Shown in pieces: positions 53,962 to 64,000 of a stretch of 64,000 nucleotides of DNA (its first letter is position 1; every line of letters begins with the position of its first letter). The position numbers were made by a program, and so were the translations under genes. The notes under the pieces were generated by a model, which saw nothing but the letters and a program-made list of their open reading frames with translations, did not search any database and was not told where the DNA came from. The DNA is taken from contig DLRQ01000090.1 in assembly GCA_002501135.1 (NCBI GenBank), positions 12,755 through 76,754 of the forward strand. The letters are read 5' to 3'. Origin of the DNA: Candidatus Neomicrothrix sp. UBA7884. GTDB taxonomy: Bacteria > Actinomycetota > Acidimicrobiia > Acidimicrobiales > MedAcidi-G1.

Positions 53962-56900
53962 TCAGCCCCGGGTCGAGGACATGATCGCCTCGACCTCGTC
54001 GCCTCCAGCGGCGCGGGCTGCCGCTGCGGCCTCGAGGACACGCTTGAATTCGACCGGCATGACCCTGAAGAAGGAGTTCCCCGTAGTGCTCCAGTCTCCG
54101 AGCAGTTCATCGGCGAGGCCGGAGTTGGTCTCCAGGTGATGGCGTTCGAGCACGGCCTGCAACCAGGAGCGGTCCTCGTCGTCTGGATCCTCCAGGATCA
54201 CCATCTCAGGGTTGACCCGTGCCCGCGCCATACCCGTCGGGTCATAGACAAAGGCGACTCCACCCGACATGCCAGCAGCGAAGTTGCGTCCAATTCCCCC
54301 CAGAACCACGACACGACCACCCGTCATGTATTCACATCCGTGGTCACCGACTCCCTCGACAACAGCAAGGGCACCTGAGTTCCGGACGCAGAAGCGCTCG
54401 CCGACCCTGCCCCTGATGAAGGCCTCTCCCGAAGTCGCTCCGTAGAGGATGACGTTTCCGGCAATCACCTGGTCCTCGGCAAGGAATGGCGAGTCGACAG
54501 GGGGGCTGATGATGATCCGTCCACCGGAGAGCCCCTTGCCCACATAGTCGTTCGCGTCGCCGGACAGCCGCAGAGTTATGCCCCTCGGTACAAATGCCCC
54601 GAGGCTGTTACCGGCTGACCCCTCGAGGTTGATTCGGATCGTGTCATCCGGCAGACCACTGCCGCCGTAGCGCCTTGTCAGCTCGTACCCCAGCATCGTG
54701 CCGACCGCCCTGTTCACGTTCCGCACAGGGCAGGTGATGGTGGTCGGTGATCCGCTCTTCAGTGACCCGGCTGCCATCCTGATCAGGTCATTGTCGAGTG
54801 CTTCATCGAGTCCGTGGTCCTGCCCGCCGGTGTTGCACCTGTCGGCGGTTTCGGGGAGGTCGGGCATGTGGAGGATCGGTTTGAGATCCAGGTGCGATGC
54901 CTTCCAGTGGTCGATGGCGTCGACCGTGTCGAGCACCTCAACTTGTCCTATCGCCTCCTGGATACTCCGGAACCCAAGGGACGCCAGGATCTCTCTCACC
55001 TCCTCAGCCAGGAATTCAAAGAATGTCACCACGAACTCGGGCTTACCGGAGAATTTCTTCCGGAGTTCAGGGTTCTGTGTTGCCACACCAACGGGGCAGG
55101 TGTCGAGGTGGCAGACGCGCATCATCACGCAACCGGAGACAACAAGCGGTGCCGTGGCGAACCCGAACTCATCAGCCCCCAGCAGCGCGGCAACGACCAC
55201 GTCACGCCCGGTCTTTAGTTGGCCATCCACCTGGACGACGATCCTGTCGCGAAGGTCGTTCATCAGGAGGGTCTGTTGTGTTTCGGCCAGGCCCAGCTCC
55301 CAGGGAGCTCCGGCATGTTTGATTGAGGTCAGGGGGGATGCACCCGTTCCACCATCGTGTCCCGAGATCAAGACGACGTCTGCGTGTGCCTTGGAGACGC
55401 CGGCAGCAACCGTGCCGACACCCACCTCGGCTACGAGCTTTACATGCACCCGGCTGGACGGATTGGAGTTCTTGAGGTCATGAACCAGCTGAGCCAGATC
55501 TTCGATCGAGTAGATGTCGTGGTGAGGTGGAGGCGAGATGAGGGCAACACCCGGTGTGGAGTGACGTGTCCGGGCGATCCATGGGTACACCTTGTGGCCC
55601 GGAAGCTGCCCGCCCTCCCCCGGCTTTGCACCCTGGGCCATCTTGATCTGAAGGTCGTCGCTGTTTACGAGGTATTCGCTTGTCACACCGAAGCGTCCTG
55701 AGGCGACCTGCTTTATCGCAGACCTGCGCAGGTCGCCGTTTCGTTCGGGCAGGTAACGGGAAGGATCCTCGCCCCCCTCGCCGGTATTGGACTTGCCGCC
55801 GAGTCGGTTCATTGCAATGGCCAATGTCTCGTGGGCCTCAGCCGAGATCGATCCATACGACATTGCACCGGTGGCAAAGCGCCTGACTATCTCGCTTACC
55901 GGTTCGACCTCGTCAATGTCTACGGCGGGTCGCAGGTCGTCGCGGAACCGGAACAGACCCCGGAGGGTCGACAGGTTCCGGGCCTGATCGTCGACCATCC
56001 GGGTGTACTCCCTGAAGATTTCATAGCGACCGGTCCGGGTTGCATGCTGGAGGCGGAAGACCGTCTCAGGGTTGAACAGGTGATGTTCGCCTTCACGGCG
56101 CCACTGGTATTCACCTCCCACCTCGAGGGTCCTGTGCGCCTTCTCCTCGGGACGCTCGGGATACGCCGCAGAATGGCGCTGGGCCACCTCGTCGGCCAGG
56201 ACATCGAAGCCGACTCCTCCCAGCCTGCTGACCACTCCCCTGAAGCAGCGGTCGACCACCACTTCACCGAGGCCGATGGCCTCAAAGATCTGTGCACCTG
56301 TGTAGGACGCAACCGTGGAGATGCCCATCTTGGACATCACCTTCAAGATGCCCTTGTCGCACGCCCGGATGAAGTTCTGTCTGGCTGCCTCGGGAGTCAG
56401 CGTTGCGGGCATCCCGTGTGCTCCTGTCGTGAGCATCAGGTCGATGGACTCAAACGCGACATACGGACAGACGCCACCGGCGCCGAAGCCGAGGAGCAGC
56501 GCAACATGGTGGACCTCACGGGCGTCGCCGCTCTCGACCACAAGGCCCACGAGCGTCCGGGACTTCTCGGCTATCAGGTGGTGGTGGACTGCTCCGGTGG
56601 CCAGCAGGGAGGGAACCGGGGCCATGTCGACATCGGTGCCACGGTCGCTGATAACGATCACGTTGGATCCGCTGCTGATTGCCGCGGATGCCTCGGCTGC
56701 CAGACGTTCGAGCGCTCTGGTGAGGCCGGCACCACCATCTTCTACCGGGTAGCAGGCATCGAGCACGGTCGTCTTGAAGTTCGAGGGCTCGGCCTCCCCG
56801 TCGAGTCTGACTATCGAGGCCAACTCGGCCTCGGTCAGAACCGGATGAGGTAGGCGGATCTGTTGGCAGCTTTCGGCAGTCGGACGAAGCAGGTTTGCCT

Positions 56901-58578
56901 CGGCACCGATGTTCCCGGCAACGGAGGTGATGAGTTCCTCGCGCATCGCATCGAGTGGCGGGTTGGTTACCTGTGCGAACAACTGTTGGAAGTAGTCGTA
57001 GACGAGCCTTGCGCGTCCGGACAGGACGGCTACCGGCGTGTCCGAGCCCATGGAACCGATTGCCTCCTTGGCGTCTCTGGCCATCGGAGCGACGAGCAGC
57101 TTCAGCTCCTCAAGCGTGTATCCGAAGACCTGCTGCCGACGGACTTCCCGGGCATCAGGCTTCGACGTCTCGCTACCGGCAGGGAGGTCGTCCAGATGAA
57201 CCAGGTTGTTGTCAAGCCATTGTCTGTACGGCCTGGCGGATGCCAGGTTCGCCTTGATCTCATCGTCCCGGATGATCCTTCCCTGGAGCGTGTCGATGAG
57301 AAACATTCGGCCTGGCTGGAGGCGGCCTTTTTCGATGATTTGCGAGGATGGGATGTCGACCACGCCGACCTCGCTCGCCATCACCACCAGATCGTCGTCG
57401 GTCACCCAGTAGCGGCTCGGTCGAAGGCCGTTGCGGTCAAGGACAGCTCCGATTACCGAGCCATCGGTGAATGCAATCGAGGCCGGGCCGTCCCATGGTT
57501 CCATCAGGGAGGAGTGATACTCATAGAAGGCCAGCCGGTCAGGATCCATTTCTCGGTGGTTCTCCCAGGGTTCCGGGATCATCATCATGACGGCCTCTGG
57601 CAACGGGTAGCCGCCCAGGTAGAGGAGTTCGAGGGCTTCGTCGAAACCAGCGGTGTCACTGGCGCCCGGGGTGCAGATCGGGAAGATCCGGTCCAGGTCA
57701 CCGGGAAGCAGATCGGTCTCCAGGAGTGCCTCGCGTGCACGCATCCAGTTCCGGTTCCCCTGGACAGTGTTGATCTCGCCGTTATGGGCGACCAGACGGT
57801 AGGGGTGCGCTAGCGGCCAGGAGGGAAACGTGTTCGTGGAGAACCGGGAGTGAACGAGCGCCATAGCGCTCTTCATGCGCGGGTCGGTCAGGTCCGGGAA
57901 GAATGCGGCGAGCTGATCTGTGGTGAGCATTCCCTTGTAGACAATGGTCCGTGACGAGAGGGAGGCAAAGTAGACACCGTCATGTCCGCCACCTGCGGCT
58001 CCCATCCCAACTGCAGCGGCGTCTCTCCTGTAGAGGCTGATCTCGTGTTCAGACCGCTTTCGGAGCATGTAGGCACGCCGGTCAAGGTCAAGGCCGGCCA
58101 GCCTCTCACCACCGGCCTCACAGCAGGCGATGAACACCTGCCGGAAGGTCGGTTCAGCGGCCCTGGCTACTGATCCGATCAGGGAGTTGTCAACCGGCAG
58201 GTCGCGCCAGCCGAGGATCTCGAGACCCTCTTCCTCGGCCAGCGAGGCGATGGTCGCCTCAACCGACGCTGCATCACGGGGATCGCGTGGGAGAAAGGCG
58301 ATTCCGGTCGCGTACTCGCCGGCAGCCGGCAACTTGAAGTCGACTACGTCGCGGTACAGGGCATCAGGAACCTGAAGGAGAATGCCGGCCCCGTCACCGG
58401 TGTTCATCTCGGCGCCCAGTGCTCCTCGGTGAGCCATGTTGCACAGGGCACCGATTCCAAGGGCCACGATCTCATGGCTTGCCTCACCGCGCAGGTGGCA
58501 CACGAAGTTGACGCCGCATGCGTCGTGTTCGAAGCGGGGATCGTAGAGACCCCTGCCCTGTGGCCTATCTGTTGTCAT
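53962..58578 (-). CDS. gltB: glutamate synthase large subunit
   Basis: 1538 aa with the N-terminal amidotransferase FEHDACGV (Cys nucleophile), FMN/3Fe-4S central domains and a GXGXG C-terminal beta-helix domain. Confidence 0.97.
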   Translation of the reverse strand: MTTDRPQGRGLYDPRFEHDACGVNFVCHLRGEASHEIVALGIGALCNMAHRGALGAEMNTGDGAGILLQVPDALYRDVVDFKLPAAGEYATGIAFLPRDPRDAASVEATIASLAEEEGLEILGWRDLPVDNSLIGSVARAAEPTFRQVFIACCEAGGERLAGLDLDRRAYMLRKRSEHEISLYRRDAAAVGMGAAGGGHDGVYFASLSSRTIVYKGMLTTDQLAAFFPDLTDPRMKSAMALVHSRFSTNTFPSWPLAHPYRLVAHNGEINTVQGNRNWMRAREALLETDLLPGDLDRIFPICTPGASDTAGFDEALELLYLGGYPLPEAVMMMIPEPWENHREMDPDRLAFYEYHSSLMEPWDGPASIAFTDGSVIGAVLDRNGLRPSRYWVTDDDLVVMASEVGVVDIPSSQIIEKGRLQPGRMFLIDTLQGRIIRDDEIKANLASARPYRQWLDNNLVHLDDLPAGSETSKPDAREVRRQQVFGYTLEELKLLVAPMARDAKEAIGSMGSDTPVAVLSGRARLVYDYFQQLFAQVTNPPLDAMREELITSVAGNIGAEANLLRPTAESCQQIRLPHPVLTEAELASIVRLDGEAEPSNFKTTVLDACYPVEDGGAGLTRALERLAAEASAAISSGSNVIVISDRGTDVDMAPVPSLLATGAVHHHLIAEKSRTLVGLVVESGDAREVHHVALLLGFGAGGVCPYVAFESIDLMLTTGAHGMPATLTPEAARQNFIRACDKGILKVMSKMGISTVASYTGAQIFEAIGLGEVVVDRCFRGVVSRLGGVGFDVLADEVAQRHSAAYPERPEEKAHRTLEVGGEYQWRREGEHHLFNPETVFRLQHATRTGRYEIFREYTRMVDDQARNLSTLRGLFRFRDDLRPAVDIDEVEPVSEIVRRFATGAMSYGSISAEAHETLAIAMNRLGGKSNTGEGGEDPSRYLPERNGDLRRSAIKQVASGRFGVTSEYLVNSDDLQIKMAQGAKPGEGGQLPGHKVYPWIARTRHSTPGVALISPPPHHDIYSIEDLAQLVHDLKNSNPSSRVHVKLVAEVGVGTVAAGVSKAHADVVLISGHDGGTGASPLTSIKHAGAPWELGLAETQQTLLMNDLRDRIVVQVDGQLKTGRDVVVAALLGADEFGFATAPLVVSGCVMMRVCHLDTCPVGVATQNPELRKKFSGKPEFVVTFFEFLAEEVREILASLGFRSIQEAIGQVEVLDTVDAIDHWKASHLDLKPILHMPDLPETADRCNTGGQDHGLDEALDNDLIRMAAGSLKSGSPTTITCPVRNVNRAVGTMLGYELTRRYGGSGLPDDTIRINLEGSAGNSLGAFVPRGITLRLSGDANDYVGKGLSGGRIIISPPVDSPFLAEDQVIAGNVILYGATSGEAFIRGRVGERFCVRNSGALAVVEGVGDHGCEYMTGGRVVVLGGIGRNFAAGMSGGVAFVYDPTGMARARVNPEMVILEDPDDEDRSWLQAVLERHHLETNSGLADELLGDWSTTGNSFFRVMPVEFKRVLEAAAAARAAGGDEVEAIMSSTRG

Positions 58579-58817
58579 CGGTTCCTACCTGTACGCGGTT
58601 TTGTTCAAACAGCGGCTCTCCGGATCTGGGCGTCGTCGACCAGAGTCACAGTTGCCGGGGGCAACCTCGGATGCGGCCACGACAGTGGGGCGCCCCGCCG
58701 GCTGGGCCGGCTTCTGGGGCGGAGAGGTGCAAACCTGCACCCATCTCCCGAATCTGAGCAACCAATATAGGCCGTATAGCGACTACAGCCCATCTCTGGT
58801 GCTGAACCCCGGACGGT

Positions 58818-60347
58818 TCAGCGGGAGCGGACCCGATCGTGCAGTGTCCTGTACGGAGCCACCAGCATCAACAGCATTGGGAAGAGCTCCAGACGCCCGA
58901 CGAGCATCAGAAAGGCCAGCACCAGACGGGCCGGCGTTGAGAACCCGTCGACGAAAGACGCAGTTGGTCCGGCCTTGTTCAGGGCGGGACCCATGTTGCC
59001 GAGAGATCCAATGACCCCGCCCATGGCGGTCACCAGATCGGTTCCGAGAGCGGCCACCACGAGTGTCCCGGACACCACGAGCATCCCGTATACGACCATG
59101 AAGCCCGCAATCCGTTCAACCATGGGCTCAGCCATGACTCCGGTTCCGTGTCGGACAGGTAGAACGGCCCGTGGGTGGCGAATAGTGCGGAGGGTTCTGC
59201 GGGCGTGGGAAATACCAACTATGAGCCGCATGACCTTCACCCCACCTGAGGTCGAACCGGTGCAGCCTCCTGTCATCAACAGGATCAGCAGAATGAGTTG
59301 GGGGCCAGCAGCCCATCTCACGAAATCTCCGTCGCTGCCGGGGCCTGTGGCATTACCAAAGCCACCGCTGGTGCCCAGCGTGACCACGTTGAAGGCAGCC
59401 GAGCGAAGGGCCCGCGTGACACCCATTCCGTCGTCCACCAACAGGATGGTTACAACCAGGGTGGCTCCGGTGAGGAGCCCGATGTAGCCACGGAACTCCG
59501 GGTTGTGGTGGTGGACCGGGCGCCTGGCGGCAAGGGATCTTGAGTGAAGTGTGAAACTGGCTCCACCGAGTATCAGGCCGATCATGATGACCATCTCGAC
59601 AGCGACACTGTCCCAGTAGCCGATCGAGGCGTCTCTCGTGGAGAAGCCGCCGGTTGATGCGGTGGTGAATGCATGTGCAACGGCGTCGAAGGGCGACATG
59701 CCGACTGCTAGCAGAGCGACTGCGATCAGACCGGTCAGGCCCGCATAGAGATACCAGAATCGTCTGGCTGTCTGGGCCATGCGGGGGGCGAGGCGGTCGC
59801 CACCCTCGCCCGGTGCCTCGGCCCCGATAAGACCGAGACCGCTGGCGCGGAGAGCGGGTAGCACGGTCACAACCAGCACGACGATTCCCATTCCGCCGAT
59901 CCACTGGGTGAACTGGCGGTACATCAAGATGCCAGGCCCCTGGTCTGCAATCAGGTTGTGGGACCCGAATACCGTCGAGCCGGTGCAGGAGAAGCCGGAG
60001 ATCGCTTCGAAGAATGCATCGGCGAGGACAACCGGAAAACCGATTCCGGATCGATTGAACGTGCCTGCGAAGAGGTACGGAAGGGCGCCGAACACCGACA
60101 CGACGATCCACGTTCCCGCTACTGCCGAAAAGACCGCTGCCCTGTCAATCTGGCCGGGTCGGGTCCAGAGCCACAGCGCTGCACCGGGCAGGAGTGTCAC
60201 CAGAGCCGCCAACATCATTGCCGTCCCCTCCTGTCCAGCGATGGATTCGATCACCGCCGTTCCGAACATGCCGGCGGAGACAAAGAGGAGGGCGATCCCG
60301 GTTACCTGTCCGGTCGTGGTCTCCCACCTGGTTGTCGGCCGCTTCAC
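58818..60347 (-). CDS. trkH: TrkH-family potassium uptake membrane subunit (copy 1)
   Basis: 509 aa, polytopic, with repeated pore-loop motifs of the GFSCTGSTVFG / TASTGGFST / TLGTSGGFGN type. The GTG start overlaps the upstream stop (GTGA). Confidence 0.9.
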   Translation of the reverse strand: MKRPTTRWETTTGQVTGIALLFVSAGMFGTAVIESIAGQEGTAMMLAALVTLLPGAALWLWTRPGQIDRAAVFSAVAGTWIVVSVFGALPYLFAGTFNRSGIGFPVVLADAFFEAISGFSCTGSTVFGSHNLIADQGPGILMYRQFTQWIGGMGIVVLVVTVLPALRASGLGLIGAEAPGEGGDRLAPRMAQTARRFWYLYAGLTGLIAVALLAVGMSPFDAVAHAFTTASTGGFSTRDASIGYWDSVAVEMVIMIGLILGGASFTLHSRSLAARRPVHHHNPEFRGYIGLLTGATLVVTILLVDDGMGVTRALRSAAFNVVTLGTSGGFGNATGPGSDGDFVRWAAGPQLILLILLMTGGCTGSTSGGVKVMRLIVGISHARRTLRTIRHPRAVLPVRHGTGVMAEPMVERIAGFMVVYGMLVVSGTLVVAALGTDLVTAMGGVIGSLGNMGPALNKAGPTASFVDGFSTPARLVLAFLMLVGRLELFPMLLMLVAPYRTLHDRVRSR

Positions 60348-61843
60348 AGGCTTCCACCATGCTTGCGTGCCTTATAGCGCCGCTTGACCCGGGCTTTGTC
60401 ACGGAGGAGGTTCAGGAGTGCGGCAACTGCAACGACAGCCGGATAGATGGACAGCCGGCCGAACACCATTGCCGGGAGCAGGGCCAGCCGTACCGAGCGG
60501 GGCCAGTCGGTTGGATCAACGATCACTCCGTCGAGGCCGCGTACCGGACCCGCAGTTGCGGTGGCGTGTACGGCAGCCGAGATGGCACCGCTCAGGTCGA
60601 GGCCGAACACGGCGACCAGAAACGCTGTTAAGAAGGTCACCGCCACGAACAGAAACTGGAGGACGACTATCTGGCGCAGCGTTTCCTCGCCGGCGACTCG
60701 CCCGGCCAGGCGCACCTTCAGGACCGCCCTGGGGTGAAGTTGTCTTGCCATCTCACGAAGTGCCAACTTCATGAGCGCCCTGTGCTGACGTATCTGGAGG
60801 CCGCCACCGGCGGATCCGCTCATGGCTCCAATGGAAACCAGGAGAAGCAGGAGCACCGGTGCTGCTGTTGGCCATCTGGCAGGAACGTCCATTGGAAAAC
60901 CCGTAGTTGAAACCGATGCTGCTACCACGAACAGCAGCCGACGGGTAGCGGCAAGATCGACTCCCGTCGAGGGGAGGAGCAAAAGAAGAACACCCGTGAG
61001 ATGCAGACCCAGGTACATCGCCAGGCCCGTCTGACGGTGAAGCCCTCCCCTGCCTGCAACGAGGTACCAGAGCGTCACCATGCTCGATCCGGCGAGGAGC
61101 ATTCCGACAATCGCCACCCATTGGACCGACGGGTCTGCAAATTCGTTGGCACCGTTCGTGAAACCGCCCGTCGAAACGGTGGACATCGCAAGCAGGAGAC
61201 CGTCGAGCGCTGACTTGCCCGCAAGCATGTAGCCGCCCCAGATGAGGCCCGTCCCGGGGACGTACAACCTAAGGATGTTGCGGGTCGCGGACATCTCGTC
61301 GGGCGCCAGCGGTCGGTAGCCGTCAGAGCTGGAGCGGTCGGCAAACTCCCTCCCGAACCCGAAGAAGGGCAGTATGACTATGCCAATCAGCAGCGCGGCG
61401 AAACCCCCCACCCACTGGCTGCCCGCACGCAGGAAGCGCAGTCCGTATCCGAGGTCCATCGGGTCGATGACGCTCATTGCAGTAGTGGTGAGGCCAGTGG
61501 TCGCCTCGAAGAGTGCGTCGTCGGGCCGCTGAGCCGCACCGGTCATGATGTACAAGCCGGCAACGAGAAGAATCCCCAATGCCATTGTCAGGGTTGTCGC
61601 CGCAATGATGTCGACAGGCTTGGCCTTGTCCGGTCCGGTTACTCGGCCAAACAGCAGGGCCCCCAGCAGGCCCATTCCGCTCCCGGTGATCAGGAGGGGC
61701 GGCGAGTCGGCTCCATGACCGAGCAGGTCGATGAGGCCTGAGCAAACTGCCAGGCCGCCAACCATGAGCAGGGCAGCAGATACGGCCCATGCTGTGGCAG
61801 TTGTCCATGACGCCCACGGGCGACTGTTGGCACCGGCAGCCAC
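60344..61843 (-). CDS. trkH: TrkH-family potassium uptake membrane subunit (copy 2, more divergent)
   Basis: Polytopic, with TrkH-like pore loops (TTGLTTTAMSVI, STVSTGGFTNG, VSTTGFP). The track ORF runs to 62050, inside trkA. GTG 61843 (VAAGANSRPW...) is the first start downstream of the trkA stop, but the true start remains uncertain. Confidence 0.8.
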   Translation of the reverse strand: MAAGANSRPWASWTTATAWAVSAALLMVGGLAVCSGLIDLLGHGADSPPLLITGSGMGLLGALLFGRVTGPDKAKPVDIIAATTLTMALGILLVAGLYIMTGAAQRPDDALFEATTGLTTTAMSVIDPMDLGYGLRFLRAGSQWVGGFAALLIGIVILPFFGFGREFADRSSSDGYRPLAPDEMSATRNILRLYVPGTGLIWGGYMLAGKSALDGLLLAMSTVSTGGFTNGANEFADPSVQWVAIVGMLLAGSSMVTLWYLVAGRGGLHRQTGLAMYLGLHLTGVLLLLLPSTGVDLAATRRLLFVVAASVSTTGFPMDVPARWPTAAPVLLLLLVSIGAMSGSAGGGLQIRQHRALMKLALREMARQLHPRAVLKVRLAGRVAGEETLRQIVVLQFLFVAVTFLTAFLVAVFGLDLSGAISAAVHATATAGPVRGLDGVIVDPTDWPRSVRLALLPAMVFGRLSIYPAVVAVAALLNLLRDKARVKRRYKARKHGGSL

Positions 61844-61866
61844 AGGGTCGAGGTGCCCCGAAAGGG

Positions 61867-63270
61867 TCAGGCGAACAGGGCGGTGACCCTGTCGACAGAC
61901 TCCGGTTTGGCGAGGACCACAACATGGTCCCGGGCACGCAGGGTGCTTCGTCCGCGGGCAATCTGAGCTTTGCCGTCTCTGACGATGGCTCCGATCAGGG
62001 AGTCGTGTGGCATATGGAGTTCTGCCACCGTGCTCCCGGCACATGGGCACGAGTCCGAGACGGAAAACTCAAGAATCTCGACGTCACCCTGGAGATATGT
62101 GGCAACGGCCGCAACCGTTCCGACATCGCCGCGCACGAACCTGAGAACGCTGTTTGCCGTAGCGGTCCGGGGGCTGAGGGTGGCTCCGACCTGGTGTCTC
62201 TCCAGGAGGTCCAGGAGCTTGAGCCTGTGCACAACGGCGATGGTCTTCAAGGTTCCATCGGTTCCGTTTCGAATGGCTCCGGCTGCCTGCGCGTAGAGGC
62301 AGGCCAGCACGTTGGAGTCGTCCTCGCCTGTTAGCGCGATCACGACATCCTGTCCGCCTACGTCGGCTTCTTCGAGCATGTCGGCATCGACGATGTCGCC
62401 CCTGAACACGAGGGTGCGTGGCAGTTCAGCAGCGAGCTCCTCGGCCCGTCGCTCATCAAGTTCGATTATGGCCACGTCGATTCCGCGGTCGATGAGTGCC
62501 TCTGAAAGCATCTGGGCGGTACGGCCTCCGCCAAGCAAGAGGGCTCGGGTCGGCATGTCGCGGGCAATGCCGAGACGGTGGGTGACGTCCTTGAGGGCCC
62601 GTCGTTTGCAGATGATCCGCAGCAGGTCCCCTTCGGCAAGGACCTCGTCGGCTCTGGGGATGAAGGTCGTCTTCTCGCTGGAATGGTCGAGGGCGTCGAC
62701 GTGGCGGGTGATCGAGCCGACGATGAAGTCCCAGTCGGGTTCCAGGTCCCGGCCGAGGGCGCCGAGGGTGACACCGACCAGCGGAGCATGTGCGGGAAGC
62801 CTCACGCCGATTGCCACCACCTCGCCGCCTGCCATCCGGGCCACATCGAGGGCCCCCGGGTACTCCATCAGCCTCAGGACCTGCTCGGCGACCTCTTCAT
62901 CGGGATCGATAACGAGATGGTCCGCCACCCCCTTGAAGAGTGCATTCACCTCGGGCCTTCTGAGGCGTCGGGACTCGATCCTGACGATCGTCTTTTTCAC
63001 GCCGGCCTGTCGTGCGAGCAGGGCAGACAACAGGTTGGCCTCGTCGTTGGCGGTTACAGCTACGAGCAGGTCCGCCTTGTCGAGGCCGGCCTGTTGCAGG
63101 CAGCCGGGGTCCGTACCGCTACCTCTGACAGCCAGCACGTCGAGGTCCTTGTCGATCTCGCGGAAACGGTCGGGGTCAACCTCGATCAGGGCAATGTCGT
63201 GCTCCTGGCCGCTCAATCGCTCCGCGACATAACTGCCGACCTCGCCGGCGCCCACAACGATGATGTACAC
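61867..63270 (-). CDS. trkA: Trk system potassium uptake protein TrkA (tandem RCK/NAD-binding domains)
   Basis: 467 aa. MYIIVVGAGEVGSYVAERL (GxGxxG) is repeated in the second half (ALLLGGGRTAQMLSEAL). Two TrkA-N plus TrkA-C units. Confidence 0.93.
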   Translation of the reverse strand: MYIIVVGAGEVGSYVAERLSGQEHDIALIEVDPDRFREIDKDLDVLAVRGSGTDPGCLQQAGLDKADLLVAVTANDEANLLSALLARQAGVKKTIVRIESRRLRRPEVNALFKGVADHLVIDPDEEVAEQVLRLMEYPGALDVARMAGGEVVAIGVRLPAHAPLVGVTLGALGRDLEPDWDFIVGSITRHVDALDHSSEKTTFIPRADEVLAEGDLLRIICKRRALKDVTHRLGIARDMPTRALLLGGGRTAQMLSEALIDRGIDVAIIELDERRAEELAAELPRTLVFRGDIVDADMLEEADVGGQDVVIALTGEDDSNVLACLYAQAAGAIRNGTDGTLKTIAVVHRLKLLDLLERHQVGATLSPRTATANSVLRFVRGDVGTVAAVATYLQGDVEILEFSVSDSCPCAGSTVAELHMPHDSLIGAIVRDGKAQIARGRSTLRARDHVVVLAKPESVDRVTALFA

Positions 63271-63273
63271 CGG

Positions 63274-63846
63274 CTAATCCTCGCCTATCGGCGGCTCTGG
63301 ACGGAGGATGCCCTTCTCCGTCACGAGAATGTCGAGTGGCACGTCCCAGACACGGGCCTCGAGCAGCGGAACAACCTGGAAACTGTGCGCAATACCGATC
63401 AGTACAGGTGGCGTGGGCTGGCTGAGCCGAAATGCGAAGGTCCGGTCGTAGTAGCCCGCTCCGTGCCCCATCCGGTTGCCCCTGTGGTCAGCCGCCACCA
63501 GGGGAACCAGAACGACATCTAGACGTTCTGGAGGCACCCGCTCACCGCTGGCCGGCTGCCTGGTGCCGAAGGGCCCGGGCTGCAGCGCCCCGTCAGACAT
63601 AACGAACTCAAGGTATCCGCCGGGTTGGATCACGGGGAGTGCGACGTACGGGTCCCGTTCCAACAGGGCAGGCCAGGGGTTGATCTCACCGCGTATTCCA
63701 ACGTAGGCAGCGACCTTGCCTGCAGCCTGAAACTCGTCAAGTTCCATGACGCGCGCCATGGTCTTTTCGCTCGCCCGCTGAACATGATCGTCGGTGAGAG
63801 CGGCCCTCTGCCTGATCATCTCGTCCCGTACAGGATCGGACTTCAT
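63274..63846 (-). CDS. 5-formyltetrahydrofolate cyclo-ligase
   Basis: From ATG 63846: ...AAYVGIRGEINPWPAL...LDVVLVPLVAADHRGNRMGHGAGYYDR matches the MTHFS signature (G-x-G-x-G-Y-Y-D). The stop lies 3 nt before the trkA start. Confidence 0.85.
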   Translation of the reverse strand: MKSDPVRDEMIRQRAALTDDHVQRASEKTMARVMELDEFQAAGKVAAYVGIRGEINPWPALLERDPYVALPVIQPGGYLEFVMSDGALQPGPFGTRQPASGERVPPERLDVVLVPLVAADHRGNRMGHGAGYYDRTFAFRLSQPTPPVLIGIAHSFQVVPLLEARVWDVPLDILVTEKGILRPEPPIGED

Positions 63847-64000
63847 GGAATGATGTTTGCCCAGCGAGCGTCCCGATTCCAGTACCGGGTGACAAATGTC
63901 GCCGGACTGGTGTTTGAAGCACCCCCGTGCGGTCACTAGCGTCACGGCGGTTCTTGTTCTGGGGGCCTTACAAGTGCCCGCCGGAGTCCAGGAACCCGTC

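Noticed and set aside
58579-58625. Possible GlnR box (gTnAc-n6-GaAAc) just upstream of gltB (GTTTGAACAAAACCGCGTAC on the minus strand).
   Set aside because: The half-sites do not fit the consensus positions when aligned. The evidence is too weak to call without a matrix search.
63847-64000. Possible THF or c-di-AMP riboswitch upstream of the MTHFS-trk operon.
   Set aside because: The leader is truncated by the window edge. I could not find the conserved cores of either class in the 150 nt available.

Overview
High-GC actinobacterial chromosomal segment. The phylum call is an inference from gene content: Pup-proteasome system, fused FbiC for F420, PafBC, DUF4193. It is about 95% coding, with many translationally coupled genes (ATGA/GTGA overlaps).

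The centrepiece is a complete, compact pupylation/proteasome locus at about 27.8-40.4 kb: arc(mpa)-dop-pup-prcB-prcA-pafA-pafB-pafC, then lepB, a TatA/B-family gene, tatC and a HelY-like helicase.

The rest is mostly core metabolism:
- gcvP behind a tandem glycine riboswitch
- pyk, mobA, rnd and glcDEF
- a LOG-family protein, fbiC, and tal-tkt
- a PBP4-type DD-peptidase and trmI
- gltBD
- an MTHFS-trkA-trkH-trkH operon

I found no rRNA, tRNA, CRISPR array, transposase, recognisable defence system or biosynthetic cluster.

Nothing here convinces me of a wholly new multi-gene system. The places most worth a second look are:
1. A 750-bp ORF-poor, repeat- and helix-rich gap next to an orphan A/T-richer small membrane gene (3.6-4.7 kb).
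2. A lone tyrosine recombinase with an AT-rich palindrome just upstream, translationally coupled to an AlgH/YqgE gene (47.6-49.2 kb).
3. A ligation-ready Pup-GGE together with Dop and a full 20S proteasome.
4. RNase D, whose conserved N-terminus lies upstream of any canonical start codon.
5. A 544-aa duplicated ThyX-like protein.

The many long antisense ORFs in the track are GC-driven shadow frames.
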